Positions 21,541-31,760 of a stretch of DNA of 64,000 nucleotides are shown here, piece after piece (position 1 is the stretch's first letter; the number at the start of each line of letters is the position of its first letter). The position numbers and the translations under genes were made by a program. The notes under the pieces are model-generated. The model made no database searches, had not been told where the DNA came from, and saw nothing but the letters and a program-made list of their open reading frames with translations. Source of the DNA: Leptolyngbyaceae cyanobacterium (GTDB taxonomy: Bacteria > Cyanobacteriota > Cyanobacteriia > Phormidesmidales > Phormidesmidaceae); assembly GCA_965263355.1 (NCBI GenBank), contig CBDHHL010000032.1, positions 2,080,001 through 2,144,000 on the forward strand, read 5' to 3'.

Positions 21541-22581
21541 ATGCAAGATTTTGGAATTTATACCCTGGCCAATGATGTCGTCTATGATCAGCTCGTTGCC
21601 TTGTTGAATAGCATTGAGGTCAACGTTGGTGCCAGCATTCCTGTATGCATTATTCCCTTTGATCATTGTCTACAGCGAGTCAAAGAAGAAGTTAGGGTAC
21701 GCCCTAACGTAACTCTATTTCAGGATCAGGGGTCCATCCAACGTTGGGAAGCATTTGCTCGTAAGTTTGCCAGTGCCCATCCCCAGGCTAAAAAAACTAA
21801 ATACACCCATCCTCGATGGTATGCAGGGAAATTACACCGTAAGTTTGCCGCCTTTGATGGTCCGTTTGAGCGGTTTGTTTTTTTTGATGGTGACAGTCTG
21901 GCAATGAAGCCAGTTGAGGATGTCATCACTCGCCTAGAAACCTATGATTTTGTTTTTGATGATTGGGAACATGCCAAAGCTAACGATGAAGCAGCCCTAG
22001 ATATTCCACTAATTGAGTCGACCGGCACATTTGTGGAAGCAGATATTCGTCCTAAGTTACACTGCTCAAGCTTTTTTGGATCAAAGCGAGGTCTTTTTGG
22101 CACAGCCGAGCTAGCTGAACTCCAGGAACGGCTTACAGAGCAAGGAGAAGCTGCTTGGATTAATGGTCAGGGGTGGTGGGACGATGCGTTTCTATTTAAC
22201 TACATGACCCTGCGATCTGAGCGGCCATTGTTTAACATGACCCTCAGTGCTGACGGGCAGGACCGAACCGGGAACTGTGCTAACGCCGATCCATTTGTCG
22301 AAATCGATCAGGTTCTGTATAACCAGGAAGGGTTGAAGCCTATACACCGTATACATTACATGGGCTATTCATCCACTGATTTCGGACGCTTATGCCAGGG
22401 AGAAGACGTTGATATTCGGTATCGGCAAATCTTTTTGCATTATCGTTTTCTCAAACAACCAGACCAAAAGCCGATGGTCTTAAAAGTACCCAGTGTATTG
22501 ACTAGAACCCAGCGATTATGGCAGAGGGCCACTCAGAAACATGGACTCAGCAACTTGCGTAACTTAGGAGCTGTGCGGTAA
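21541..22581 (+). CDS. Npun_R2821/R2822-family putative glycosyltransferase
   Basis: GIYTLANDVVYDQLVALLNSIE N-terminus; AFDGPFERFVFFDGD (DxD motif). Confidence 0.8.
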   Translation: MQDFGIYTLANDVVYDQLVALLNSIEVNVGASIPVCIIPFDHCLQRVKEEVRVRPNVTLFQDQGSIQRWEAFARKFASAHPQAKKTKYTHPRWYAGKLHRKFAAFDGPFERFVFFDGDSLAMKPVEDVITRLETYDFVFDDWEHAKANDEAALDIPLIESTGTFVEADIRPKLHCSSFFGSKRGLFGTAELAELQERLTEQGEAAWINGQGWWDDAFLFNYMTLRSERPLFNMTLSADGQDRTGNCANADPFVEIDQVLYNQEGLKPIHRIHYMGYSSTDFGRLCQGEDVDIRYRQIFLHYRFLKQPDQKPMVLKVPSVLTRTQRLWQRATQKHGLSNLRNLGAVR

Positions 22582-22713
22582 ACGCGTAACTTTAATCGGT
22601 AGAGTCATCGGGAAAACAGTTTCAGCCACTTATTTCGGTATATAACAATTAAGCGTCTCAACTGTTACATTTGAGCGCGTCTGTGTGTTGCAACCTTCTA
22701 GAGCCTGCTGCCG

Positions 22714-25700
22714 ATGTCCCATGATTTAATGCCTATTGGACAGCAACCGCCGCCGCGTCGACCCTATTTGGCGTTATTGCTTAAGGTTGGGGTTGGCTTA
22801 GGGGCTGTTGTAGTGTTGGGGGGGATAGCGACAGCGATTTGGGGCAAGCGTATTATCAATGGCAAGGTCTTGCCGTTGGTTGAGGCTCAGGTTGAGGATA
22901 TTATTGACCGTCCCATTGATTTGGGTGAGTTAGAACACCTGTCTCTGTCCAGTATCCAGCTGGGTAAAACCACTATTCCATCGACAGAGACAGATCGCTC
23001 ATCGGTGACGGTGGATCGGATTGCGGTTGATTTTGATGTGCGATCGCTCCTATTCCAGAAAACCCTAAAACCTAATATTGTCCTGGTTCGACCCAATCTT
23101 TCCTTGGTGCAAGATAAAGATGGTCAATGGGTTGAGCTATCCCTACCAGAAGCCTCGGATGAAGAGCCACCAATTACAACAGAAATCCAAACAATTAAGC
23201 TGCAAGATGCCCAACTGAGCGTATCAACGGTAGATCAAGATCCTCAGGCGTTGGTACCGCAGGCTCCTGTGGAGGTTACTGACGCAGATATTACCGCTAA
23301 GTTTTCTGGGGAAGCGTCTAAACAGGTCTACTTTGACCTAACTGGCAATGTGGAGGCTGGCCAATTTGACATTAAAGGTGAGGGAGATTTAGCCAATCAG
23401 GCGGTAAAGGCCAATGTACGGGTAAGTGACCTGCCGACTACGGGGGTAAATTTACTATTGCCATCCCTGGTGGGACTAAAGTCAGGCACTCTAAACACCA
23501 ATTTAACCCTGGCCGCAGCCCTAACGGATGAGGGGAATCTCGACCCGGCGTCTGTGGATGTCCAGGGAACGGCCCAATTTCGCGCGGGTCAAGTACTGGT
23601 CAAGGATTTGCCTGAACCCGTTGATGTTCGTAGTCAGCTCAGGTTTAGGGGGCAACAAGTCACCCTGGAAAATACGGTACTACAGGTAGCTGACATCGAG
23701 CTACTGGCCACAGGCTCCGTGGATTGGGAGACTGGCTATAACCTCAGCGCTCAGATTCCGGCAGTTAGTCTGGCCAATGTGAGACAGCTGACTGAGTTGC
23801 CTGAAGATTTGCCCATTGATGAGACCGTGGCCTTTGGGTTAACCACTCAGGTTACAGGTGATCTTACCGATCCTCAGATCCAGGGACAGTTTGCCAATTT
23901 AGAACCGTTTCAGGTAGATCAGCTAACCCTGGCAACGGTGGCGGCGGATTTTGACCTGGCCCTATCGGACTTTGAACCCACCGCGTTGGACCTGACAGAA
24001 CTGCGGATTTTACCGGCATCAGGGGGGGAAATTGTAGCCGAAGGACAGGCTGATCTAAAAGATTTAGACAATCCCGAGTTTGAACTCACCGCCCAGGCCG
24101 ATGTCCCCGTGGATGAGGTGGTTCAGCTCTATGGAGTGAGCTTGCCTACCGATACGGTTATCGGTTCGCTAAACGCTAATCTCGAATTAACTGGAAACCT
24201 GGAGGCTCAAACGGCCATTGCCCAGTGGCAGCTATCGGAGTCTAGCTTTCCGGGGCAGGGGGAGATTACCTTTGCAGATAATCAGTTAGCGATTCGCAAT
24301 ACCCGGATCCAGCCGGAAGCAGGTGGGGTAATCGTGGCGGCGGGGGGGATTAATTTAGCCGATTTAGACAATCCTCAGTTTGAGCTAACGGCCCAGGCAG
24401 ACTTACCGGTGGATGCCCTGGCCCAATCCTATGGGGTGGTATTGCCCAGTACGTTACCACCGGATACGGTACTGGGTCTACTGACGGCTAATGTGGCAGC
24501 AAGCGGTACTCTAAAATCTCCGAGCGCTAATGCCCGATGGCAACTATCAGAGTCTAGCTTTCCAGGGCAGGGAGAACTTACCTTTGCGAATAATCAGCTA
24601 GTGGTGGACAATACCCAACTGCAGGTGGCCGGGGGGTGGGTCACTGCTGCTGCGACAGCTCAGTTAGATAGCGGTAATTGGCAGGCGGCCTTAACCACTG
24701 ACCAGGTAGCGATTGAGCAATTTACCCCCCAGGCCCAGGGATTATTAACGTCTAACCTGCAAGCTACGGGGAATTTGTATGATTTAGACCTGGCTAAGAT
24801 TCAGGCGGAGGGGGGGGCTGCGATCGCAAACGCCCAGATCAATTTACCAGCTAACCAAGCAGATACCCTAGCCGGTACCCAGACGCCCTTACTAACTCCA
24901 GGAAATTGGGCCACCCAGTTTGTCTGGCAAAGCGATCGCATCGCAATCGATTACTTCACGGCCCCTGGTATCAAAGCGGACGGGACTATCGGTGTTGACC
25001 TGAGTCAGCCCATACCCATCAGTGACCTGGCCCTCAACGTTGCCCTTGAGCAAATCGACCTGGCCCCTTTTAATCGTCTGGCCCCAGCCAATGTTCAAAC
25101 CTATGGCCAGTTAGCAGGTTTTACCAGCTTCGAAGGACAGCTAACTGGCACCTTAGTCAACCCCCAGCTAACCGGCAACGCCAAACTCGATGGCCTGGTT
25201 CTCAACGAAATTACCTTTGAACCATTAGCAGGTCCCATTGTCTTTTCCCTACAGGATGGCGGTACCGTAGATCTTAGAGGGCAGCAGCAGGATCGGCTGC
25301 AATTATCCCTCAACAATCAGCTCTGGCCCGTGGCCTTTGAAGTTCGCAACCGATATGTGGTCACGAATCAAGAGACTGACCAGGCAAACGGTCCAGACAC
25401 CATTACTTACCAGGAATTTAGTCTCATCGGTCGTGGCGATAACAACAACCAGTTGAATGTAGAAATCACCCAGTTTCCCCTAGATAAATTAGACATTCAA
25501 CCCGCCACACCCTATGGCTTTGGCACCGTAGTCGGTCTCGTCAATGGGAATGCCACCATCAACCTGACAGATTTAGCTAACCCCAGTGCCATGGGCAGTC
25601 TCACCATTGATCAACCTTCCCTAAGCCCGATTGATGCCCAGAAGATTGTTGCCAACTTTAGTTACGCAGATGGTGTCGCTAACCTCAGCCGGGGAGAACT

Positions 25701-28242
25701 GGCCATCAAAGATAGCCGCTATGCCCTGTCTGGCAGTGTCATCCTCACCCCCGAAATAGCCTATGACGGCACCCTAACGGTGGAACAAGGCCGGATTGAA
25801 GATATCATCGCCCTGCTAGACGACATAGATCTCAGTAGATTTGGTTTTCAACCATTGCCGACACCAGGCGCTACTGCCACTGACCTGGCGGTAGCGCCAG
25901 CGGCGCTTCCCCCTGACGACTCATCTGAAAACTCTTTCCTCAAGCAGCTACAGGCTTTTAACGCATTTCTGCAAGACCGTCCCCAACCGGAAACTACTAC
26001 CGGTTCCAATCTCCCATCCCTATCTGATTTGGCCGGTGAATTTACCGGCACCATTGCCGTAGCCGGTCGTTCCCTATCCTTCAATGAGGTGACTGTCGAT
26101 GTAGATATAGCGGGAGATAGCTGGCAGTGGGGAGAGGAAACGCCCGCTAATAATTTTGTCATCAACGGCAGTTTTATTAGTGGCGTCAGCAACAACAAAC
26201 AACAGCTAGCTGTTGATGTAGAACAGATTGAAGTCAATGCAGGCGAGACCCAGCTAGCTCTTTCAGGCAATGGCACATCCCAAAAATTAAAAGGACAGCT
26301 AACCGTCAACAACCTGCCTTTAGAACTTGCAACCTGGCTTTATCCAGCCTTACCCGTGGCTCCAGCAGGAGATTTAGAAATATCCACACAGTTTAACGGC
26401 AGCCTAGACAATCCAAAAATTAAAGGCACGGCCAGAGTAGACAACCCACAGATTAACGACCACACCCTGGAACAGGTAGCCACGACCTTTGAGTACCGCA
26501 ATGCTAGCCTGACAGTCAATAGTGCCGTAGCCCTGGATGCTACCGATACACCGACTACATTGGATGGCACTATTCCCTATGCCCTGCCTTTTATGGCCGT
26601 AACCCCTCGCACCAATCAACTAGCACTAAAGGCCATCGTCCCCAGTGACAACTTTGATATCGTCAATACCTTAACCCAGGACCAAGTACGGTGGGAAGAC
26701 GGCAGCGGCGAAATTGTTGTTCAAATAGGTGGAACTCTTGCACAACCTTCTGTTGACGGTAATGTACGGTTGCGACAAGGGGTAATCGGCAGCGAATTCT
26801 TAGAGGATCCGATTACTGATCTGACCGGAGACATTCAGTTTGACCTGGAGCTCTTAGAAAGACAATTTTCCCTTGGAGATTCCAACATTCCCCTAGTAAC
26901 GGGTGGATTCACTATTCCACAACTTCAAGCCCAACTGCAGGACGGACAGCTACGGGTAGATGGAGAATTGCCACTTTCGCCATTCGATCAGCCCGCGGAT
27001 GGGATCACGATTACCTTAGACGAATTACCCATTCAGTCCACGGGGGGAGTTAAATCCGTATTCGACGGAAGAATAATCATTGATGGCTCAGCCGTAACGC
27101 CCTATATAGGGGGCAACCTGGCAATTGGAGCTGGGAAAATTAGTACATTTAAGCTAGTCAACCAGTTTCGGGGAGCTGCTAACGCTGCTGCGGAGACCGC
27201 TCCAGGCACCGATACAGAACCCTCAGAAAATGATGCGAAGAACGAACCTAACAATCCCATTCGCAACCAAATAGTCAATGCTGTCGCCCTATATCGAGAG
27301 AAAGCATTTGGTGAAGAATTCTCAGCAACTGAGTCTGAGGATTTGCCACTAGGCCTTGTTGGTCAACTAGTTACGTTTAATAACTTCGAGATTCAGCTGA
27401 GTGACCGTTTACTGATTGAAGGACAACCCTTTTTTAATCTGAGGGCAGCGGGGGATATTGTTGTTAACGGTTCCCTTGGTAAACCACTACCTCAAGGGGA
27501 GATTGAACTTGAATCTGGTTGGATTAATCTCTTTTCAACCCAGTTTCGGTTAGATACAAGTGAAAAAAATAAAGCTACCTTTATCCCTAACAATGGCATT
27601 TATCCCATTCTCAATGTCGTTATGAGAACCAGGGTACAGGAAACCAATACCCCCCGAGTTCCTGCCATATCTGAATCAGGCATTGTCTCATCTGAGGTAA
27701 ATGACGATCAAACGATCGATTCATTGGGGGGGGTGCAATACATCAACATCAAGGCCAGGGTCAATAATCTGAATGTAAGAGAGATTGCCCAAGGGTCCAC
27801 TGAAGATACTCAGGAAAAGATAAATCAAGTTGTCATCCTGGAAAGTGATCCATCCCGTAACCAGCGCACACTCATCGCTCTCCTGGGTAATAATGTGATT
27901 AGTGGTATAACCAGTGCTGGATTAACTCAGCTGGCTGGTTTTGTCGGGGCGGGTAACGTTGTTAGCTTTCTCAATAACCTGGCAGATACCCTTGGCTTTC
28001 AATCTTTTAGTGTATTTCCTACCACCGACACTGCGACCGATAGCACCGCCGGTATTGGCATTGGTGTAGAGGCCATCTTTAAGGTTACCGACGATATTAA
28101 CGTCAGTGTTCTGGAAATTCTCAATAACGGCAATGCCCCTCAGTTTGGCCTACAGTACGAGTTGACCGAGGAATTAAGACTGCGGGGCTCTTCTAATCTG
28201 GACGATACAGAAGTCAGGCTAGAATATCGACTTGAATTTTAG
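22714..28242 (+). CDS. tamB: TamB/AsmA-like translocation and assembly module protein
   Basis: N-terminal TM, long beta-rich body and C-terminal DUF490-like region (GWINLFSTQFRL...RLEYRLEF). Confidence 0.85.
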   Translation: MSHDLMPIGQQPPPRRPYLALLLKVGVGLGAVVVLGGIATAIWGKRIINGKVLPLVEAQVEDIIDRPIDLGELEHLSLSSIQLGKTTIPSTETDRSSVTVDRIAVDFDVRSLLFQKTLKPNIVLVRPNLSLVQDKDGQWVELSLPEASDEEPPITTEIQTIKLQDAQLSVSTVDQDPQALVPQAPVEVTDADITAKFSGEASKQVYFDLTGNVEAGQFDIKGEGDLANQAVKANVRVSDLPTTGVNLLLPSLVGLKSGTLNTNLTLAAALTDEGNLDPASVDVQGTAQFRAGQVLVKDLPEPVDVRSQLRFRGQQVTLENTVLQVADIELLATGSVDWETGYNLSAQIPAVSLANVRQLTELPEDLPIDETVAFGLTTQVTGDLTDPQIQGQFANLEPFQVDQLTLATVAADFDLALSDFEPTALDLTELRILPASGGEIVAEGQADLKDLDNPEFELTAQADVPVDEVVQLYGVSLPTDTVIGSLNANLELTGNLEAQTAIAQWQLSESSFPGQGEITFADNQLAIRNTRIQPEAGGVIVAAGGINLADLDNPQFELTAQADLPVDALAQSYGVVLPSTLPPDTVLGLLTANVAASGTLKSPSANARWQLSESSFPGQGELTFANNQLVVDNTQLQVAGGWVTAAATAQLDSGNWQAALTTDQVAIEQFTPQAQGLLTSNLQATGNLYDLDLAKIQAEGGAAIANAQINLPANQADTLAGTQTPLLTPGNWATQFVWQSDRIAIDYFTAPGIKADGTIGVDLSQPIPISDLALNVALEQIDLAPFNRLAPANVQTYGQLAGFTSFEGQLTGTLVNPQLTGNAKLDGLVLNEITFEPLAGPIVFSLQDGGTVDLRGQQQDRLQLSLNNQLWPVAFEVRNRYVVTNQETDQANGPDTITYQEFSLIGRGDNNNQLNVEITQFPLDKLDIQPATPYGFGTVVGLVNGNATINLTDLANPSAMGSLTIDQPSLSPIDAQKIVANFSYADGVANLSRGELAIKDSRYALSGSVILTPEIAYDGTLTVEQGRIEDIIALLDDIDLSRFGFQPLPTPGATATDLAVAPAALPPDDSSENSFLKQLQAFNAFLQDRPQPETTTGSNLPSLSDLAGEFTGTIAVAGRSLSFNEVTVDVDIAGDSWQWGEETPANNFVINGSFISGVSNNKQQLAVDVEQIEVNAGETQLALSGNGTSQKLKGQLTVNNLPLELATWLYPALPVAPAGDLEISTQFNGSLDNPKIKGTARVDNPQINDHTLEQVATTFEYRNASLTVNSAVALDATDTPTTLDGTIPYALPFMAVTPRTNQLALKAIVPSDNFDIVNTLTQDQVRWEDGSGEIVVQIGGTLAQPSVDGNVRLRQGVIGSEFLEDPITDLTGDIQFDLELLERQFSLGDSNIPLVTGGFTIPQLQAQLQDGQLRVDGELPLSPFDQPADGITITLDELPIQSTGGVKSVFDGRIIIDGSAVTPYIGGNLAIGAGKISTFKLVNQFRGAANAAAETAPGTDTEPSENDAKNEPNNPIRNQIVNAVALYREKAFGEEFSATESEDLPLGLVGQLVTFNNFEIQLSDRLLIEGQPFFNLRAAGDIVVNGSLGKPLPQGEIELESGWINLFSTQFRLDTSEKNKATFIPNNGIYPILNVVMRTRVQETNTPRVPAISESGIVSSEVNDDQTIDSLGGVQYINIKARVNNLNVREIAQGSTEDTQEKINQVVILESDPSRNQRTLIALLGNNVISGITSAGLTQLAGFVGAGNVVSFLNNLADTLGFQSFSVFPTTDTATDSTAGIGIGVEAIFKVTDDINVSVLEILNNGNAPQFGLQYELTEELRLRGSSNLDDTEVRLEYRLEF

Positions 28243-28407
28243 GAGTTGTCAATTAGTCTTGAGTCATACCCCTAACTTGTAGGGTTATCTGTAGGGTTAT
28301 CCTGACTTTTCAATTCTTGAAGACATCGCAAACTATGGAAAAGGGGATAGACCAAGTTTGTCTATGGCCTTTTCCCCTTTTTGTCTGTTGAGTTGAGAAC
28401 ACATTCT

Positions 28408-29595
28408 ATGGGTCAGATCAGGAACTACGCATTAGTTATTTCCTTAAGCGTAGCATTAACATTGTCTTCACTGAGACTCTTTCCTCAGTGGATAATTCCC
28501 CCCAGCGTGGCTGAGGTCAGTCCGCCACCAGCAGCACAGCTAGTACAAGCTGCAAGAGTTCCAGACAGTCCCCACAACTTTGTTGCAACGGCAGTTGATC
28601 GGGTGGGTCCAGCGGTTGTCCGAGTAGATACGGAACGTACGGTTGCTTCCAGTACGTCTGAGCCGTTTTTTGATGATCCGTTTTTCCGTCGTTTTTTTGG
28701 TGATGATGCTTTTCCCCAAGTGCCCCAAGAGTTTCGTCAACAGGGTCAGGGGTCGGGATTTATTGTTGACCGCAGTGGTTTGGTCCTGACCAATGCCCAT
28801 GTGGTCAGCGGTGCAGATAAAGTGACCATTACATTACGAGACGGTCGCACGTTTGACGGAGAAGTCAAGGGTACGGATGAGCCGTCTGATTTAGCGGTGG
28901 TTAAGATTAAGGGTGATAATTTACCGGTGGCGGCTGAAGGAGATTCGAGCCAGCTAGAGGTGGGGGACTGGGCAATTGCCGTGGGTAACCCTCTGGGTTT
29001 AGATAATACAGTCACCCTAGGGATTATTAGTACCCTGAATCGTTCTAGCTCCCAGGTGGGTATCCCAGACAAGCGTCTGGACTTTGTACAGACCGATGCA
29101 GCCATTAATCCAGGTAACTCCGGTGGTCCTTTGGTCAATGAGGAAGGCGAGGTGATTGGTATTAATACGGCGATTCGGGCCGATGCAGAAGGGATTGGTT
29201 TCGCGATTCCCATCAATAAGGCCAAGGAAATTCAGTCCTTTCTGGCTCAGGGTAAGCGGGTCCCCCATCCGTTTATTGGCATTCAGATGACCAATCTGAC
29301 GGTGGAACAGGCAAAGCAATTCAATGAAGATCCGAATTCGGTGCTAACGGTACCTGAGACGGAAGGTGTCTTGATTGTACAGGTGGTGCCGGATAGTCCT
29401 GCGGCCAAAGGCGGTTTGCGACGCGGTGATGTAATTGTCAAGATCGATGGTGAAGCCGTTCCGAATGCGGAACAGCTGCAGGATATTGTGGAAGGCAGCA
29501 AGATTGGTCAGGGTCTTCGCTTTGAAGTGATTCGGGGTGATCAGACTGAGAGTCTAACAGTGCGGCCTGGTGAGTTGCAAGATGCTGGTCAGTAA
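28408..29595 (+). CDS. hhoA: HtrA/DegP-family serine protease with PDZ domain (HhoA-like)
   Basis: GSGFI, TNAHVV, DLAV and QTDAAINPGNSGGPL motifs; C-terminal PDZ domain. Confidence 0.9.
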   Translation: MGQIRNYALVISLSVALTLSSLRLFPQWIIPPSVAEVSPPPAAQLVQAARVPDSPHNFVATAVDRVGPAVVRVDTERTVASSTSEPFFDDPFFRRFFGDDAFPQVPQEFRQQGQGSGFIVDRSGLVLTNAHVVSGADKVTITLRDGRTFDGEVKGTDEPSDLAVVKIKGDNLPVAAEGDSSQLEVGDWAIAVGNPLGLDNTVTLGIISTLNRSSSQVGIPDKRLDFVQTDAAINPGNSGGPLVNEEGEVIGINTAIRADAEGIGFAIPINKAKEIQSFLAQGKRVPHPFIGIQMTNLTVEQAKQFNEDPNSVLTVPETEGVLIVQVVPDSPAAKGGLRRGDVIVKIDGEAVPNAEQLQDIVEGSKIGQGLRFEVIRGDQTESLTVRPGELQDAGQ

Positions 29596-29602
29596 ATGGA
29601 AT

Positions 29603-29709
29603 TTAATCGGGGTTAATGGACTCGGATTTGTATGATTCAGGCCCTCAAACCCCCCAATTTTGGGGGCTTATGAAGTTATATCAAGTCCGATTTTAGTAAC
29701 CCCAATTAA
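29603..29709. repeat. ~107-bp MITE-like palindromic element
   Basis: Terminal TTAATCGGGGTTA / TAACCCCAATTAA (1 mismatch), internal TCGGATTTG / CAAGTCCGA and a central CCCCCAA-TTGGGGG hairpin. Confidence 0.55.
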
Positions 29710-29737
29710 AATAGAGTAATCTCGTAAGGGCTGTGTC

Positions 29738-30229
29738 TTGTACCAGCCTAGCGATGCTAATGCCCTAATCAGGATTTTGTATAGCCGTTTTGCAAGGAGT
29801 AATTACTTAATCACTATGCTGTTATGCCAACTTGAAATGCAAGCGTTGGATCCAGTTGCGCAAGAGCCGACTTATTATATTGTTGGTCGTTATGGGTTTG
29901 ATCCAGGTTTACAGGAACAGGAGGAGATCTGGATTAACTGGCAGATATGGGATAAGAAATTTGAGATTCAGTCCAGGGTGGTTGGACAGCGTAAAGAGGT
30001 CTATGTGGATGGTAAAAGTATTGCCCTGGGGATGAGTGAGGGTGAAAAAGAGAAGTTTTTAGCGATTTATCCGGATGGGATTGAGACGTTATCGAATGGG
30101 GCAAGTTTGTTTTTGTTGAGGATTTTTGTTGAGGCTGTGGATAAGGAACAGCTATTTGAGGTGCAAAAAGCCCTAGCTCAGGGTGAGCGCAGGCTTAGAC
30201 CCCAGGGACAGTTACCGAAAACAGAATAG
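29738..30229 (+). CDS. Hypothetical protein (start uncertain, possibly a fragment)
   Basis: 163-aa open frame; no recognisable motif. Confidence 0.45.
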   Translation: MYQPSDANALIRILYSRFARSNYLITMLLCQLEMQALDPVAQEPTYYIVGRYGFDPGLQEQEEIWINWQIWDKKFEIQSRVVGQRKEVYVDGKSIALGMSEGEKEKFLAIYPDGIETLSNGASLFLLRIFVEAVDKEQLFEVQKALAQGERRLRPQGQLPKTE

Positions 30230-30245
30230 TCGCGTCATTGAAATG

Positions 30246-31682
30246 TTAACGGGTAAAAATCAAGATGATGATTGATAGCAGCAAGATACTACATAGTAAA
30301 AGACTAAGGGTGAGCTGTTGCTTGAGTTGAGCGATGCGGTGGGTTGCGATCGCATCCACCTCGTCCATTATTTGTTCCTTCTCTCGTTTTCGAATTATCT
30401 CCTGTCTAGCGATTTCTCGTTCATAAATATAGGACTGGCTACTCATCAAAAACTGGTGATGTTCTTCACTTAAACTTTGACTACCTGCCCAAGTTCTAGC
30501 TTCTTGCAACGATTGTTTAGTGAGCAACCAGCGGTCATCGCACTTTGAGGATAGCCAATTATCCAACATCTTTTGGTAGGGACACAGGCAGGTTAATTGA
30601 CGTTCCACCCACCAGGGTCTAAAGATTTCGGCGTAGATTTGATTGGCAACTTTGAGATAGGCTCCTTCTTTGACAGCTAGCCCCGTCAGCTGTAGTTCGT
30701 TTTGTTCTGAGCTGCCGTCTAACAAGATAATGCGCGATTGTAATATGTCTCGATACACTTCTAACAGTCGCTGGGCACGGGAGCTATGGAGTAATCGGTC
30801 TTGAATAGTTTTGAGGTGTTCAGGGGTGTCTTGCTGTAGCCAGTCTTGGATGATTTTGCGTTCGACGAGTTTGTCGATATAGGGGGCTGGATAAGCCCGA
30901 GGTTCGATATCGGCCTCGCTGACAATGAGCTGGCATAGTTTTTGGGTTAAAAATGGCTGCCCACCGGTCCAGCGTAAAATGCTTTGAATCAGGCCTTCTG
31001 AATACTCTGATAAATGGGCAAGTCCGGCACTAAGGAGTTTGGCTTCATCTAGGGTGAAGCCTCTGAGTTGGATGGTGGTGCCGATGTTGAAAGGGGTGCG
31101 ATCTCGAGCTGAAATTAGCTCAGATGGGGTAGCTACACCAATCAGTGTGAAGGTCAGGCGACGATAGTCAGGCTGTTCGGCCCGTTCTTGGTAAAAGTAA
31201 CGGATGAGGGAAAAGAAGTCGTCGCTAAAGTCGAATTGAAACAGGCTATCGATTTCGTCAATAAAGATAACAATAGGCTGCTGGATTTCCTTGAGGAGAA
31301 CGTCCTCAATAAATTCGCTAAAGCGTTGAATAGGGGAGAGTCCGTCTCGTTCTTGCCACCAGGGAATAACTTTTAGTTTGATGCCCAGGCTACGGCTAAG
31401 CCGACGGATAACACCCAGGTACCAGGCGTCGGAAGTCATGCCGTGTTCGACGATGGCGGTGACTTCGATAACGCCGCAGGCGATGCCTTTTGCTTTGAGG
31501 CGTTGGGTGGTTTGTACCCGCAGGCTGGATTTGCCCATCTGACGGGCATTGAAAATATGGCAGTATTCGCTGGCCATCAGGGCCAGGAAAAGGTCTTCGT
31601 CGGCCTGGCGGGAGATGTAGGTGGGGGCATTCTGGCGTAGGGCTCCGCCGACAGTGTATTGATAGGCGGATGTTTCACTCAT
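30246..31682 (-). CDS. AAA_35-family STAND-like ATPase with C-terminal transmembrane helix
   Basis: YQYTVGGAL, Walker A NARQMGKSS, Walker [16 protein letters not shown] and WTGGQPFLTQKLC; hydrophobic C-terminus. Confidence 0.9.
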   Translation of the reverse strand: MSETSAYQYTVGGALRQNAPTYISRQADEDLFLALMASEYCHIFNARQMGKSSLRVQTTQRLKAKGIACGVIEVTAIVEHGMTSDAWYLGVIRRLSRSLGIKLKVIPWWQERDGLSPIQRFSEFIEDVLLKEIQQPIVIFIDEIDSLFQFDFSDDFFSLIRYFYQERAEQPDYRRLTFTLIGVATPSELISARDRTPFNIGTTIQLRGFTLDEAKLLSAGLAHLSEYSEGLIQSILRWTGGQPFLTQKLCQLIVSEADIEPRAYPAPYIDKLVERKIIQDWLQQDTPEHLKTIQDRLLHSSRAQRLLEVYRDILQSRIILLDGSSEQNELQLTGLAVKEGAYLKVANQIYAEIFRPWWVERQLTCLCPYQKMLDNWLSSKCDDRWLLTKQSLQEARTWAGSQSLSEEHHQFLMSSQSYIYEREIARQEIIRKREKEQIMDEVDAIATHRIAQLKQQLTLSLLLCSILLLSIIILIFTR

Positions 31683-31760
31683 GGAATGTTTATATTAACG
31701 ATTACACTCAATTGCATTCGGCTCTTTTCTCTTGAATAGCTAGTAAAGTCTTCTGTCTAC

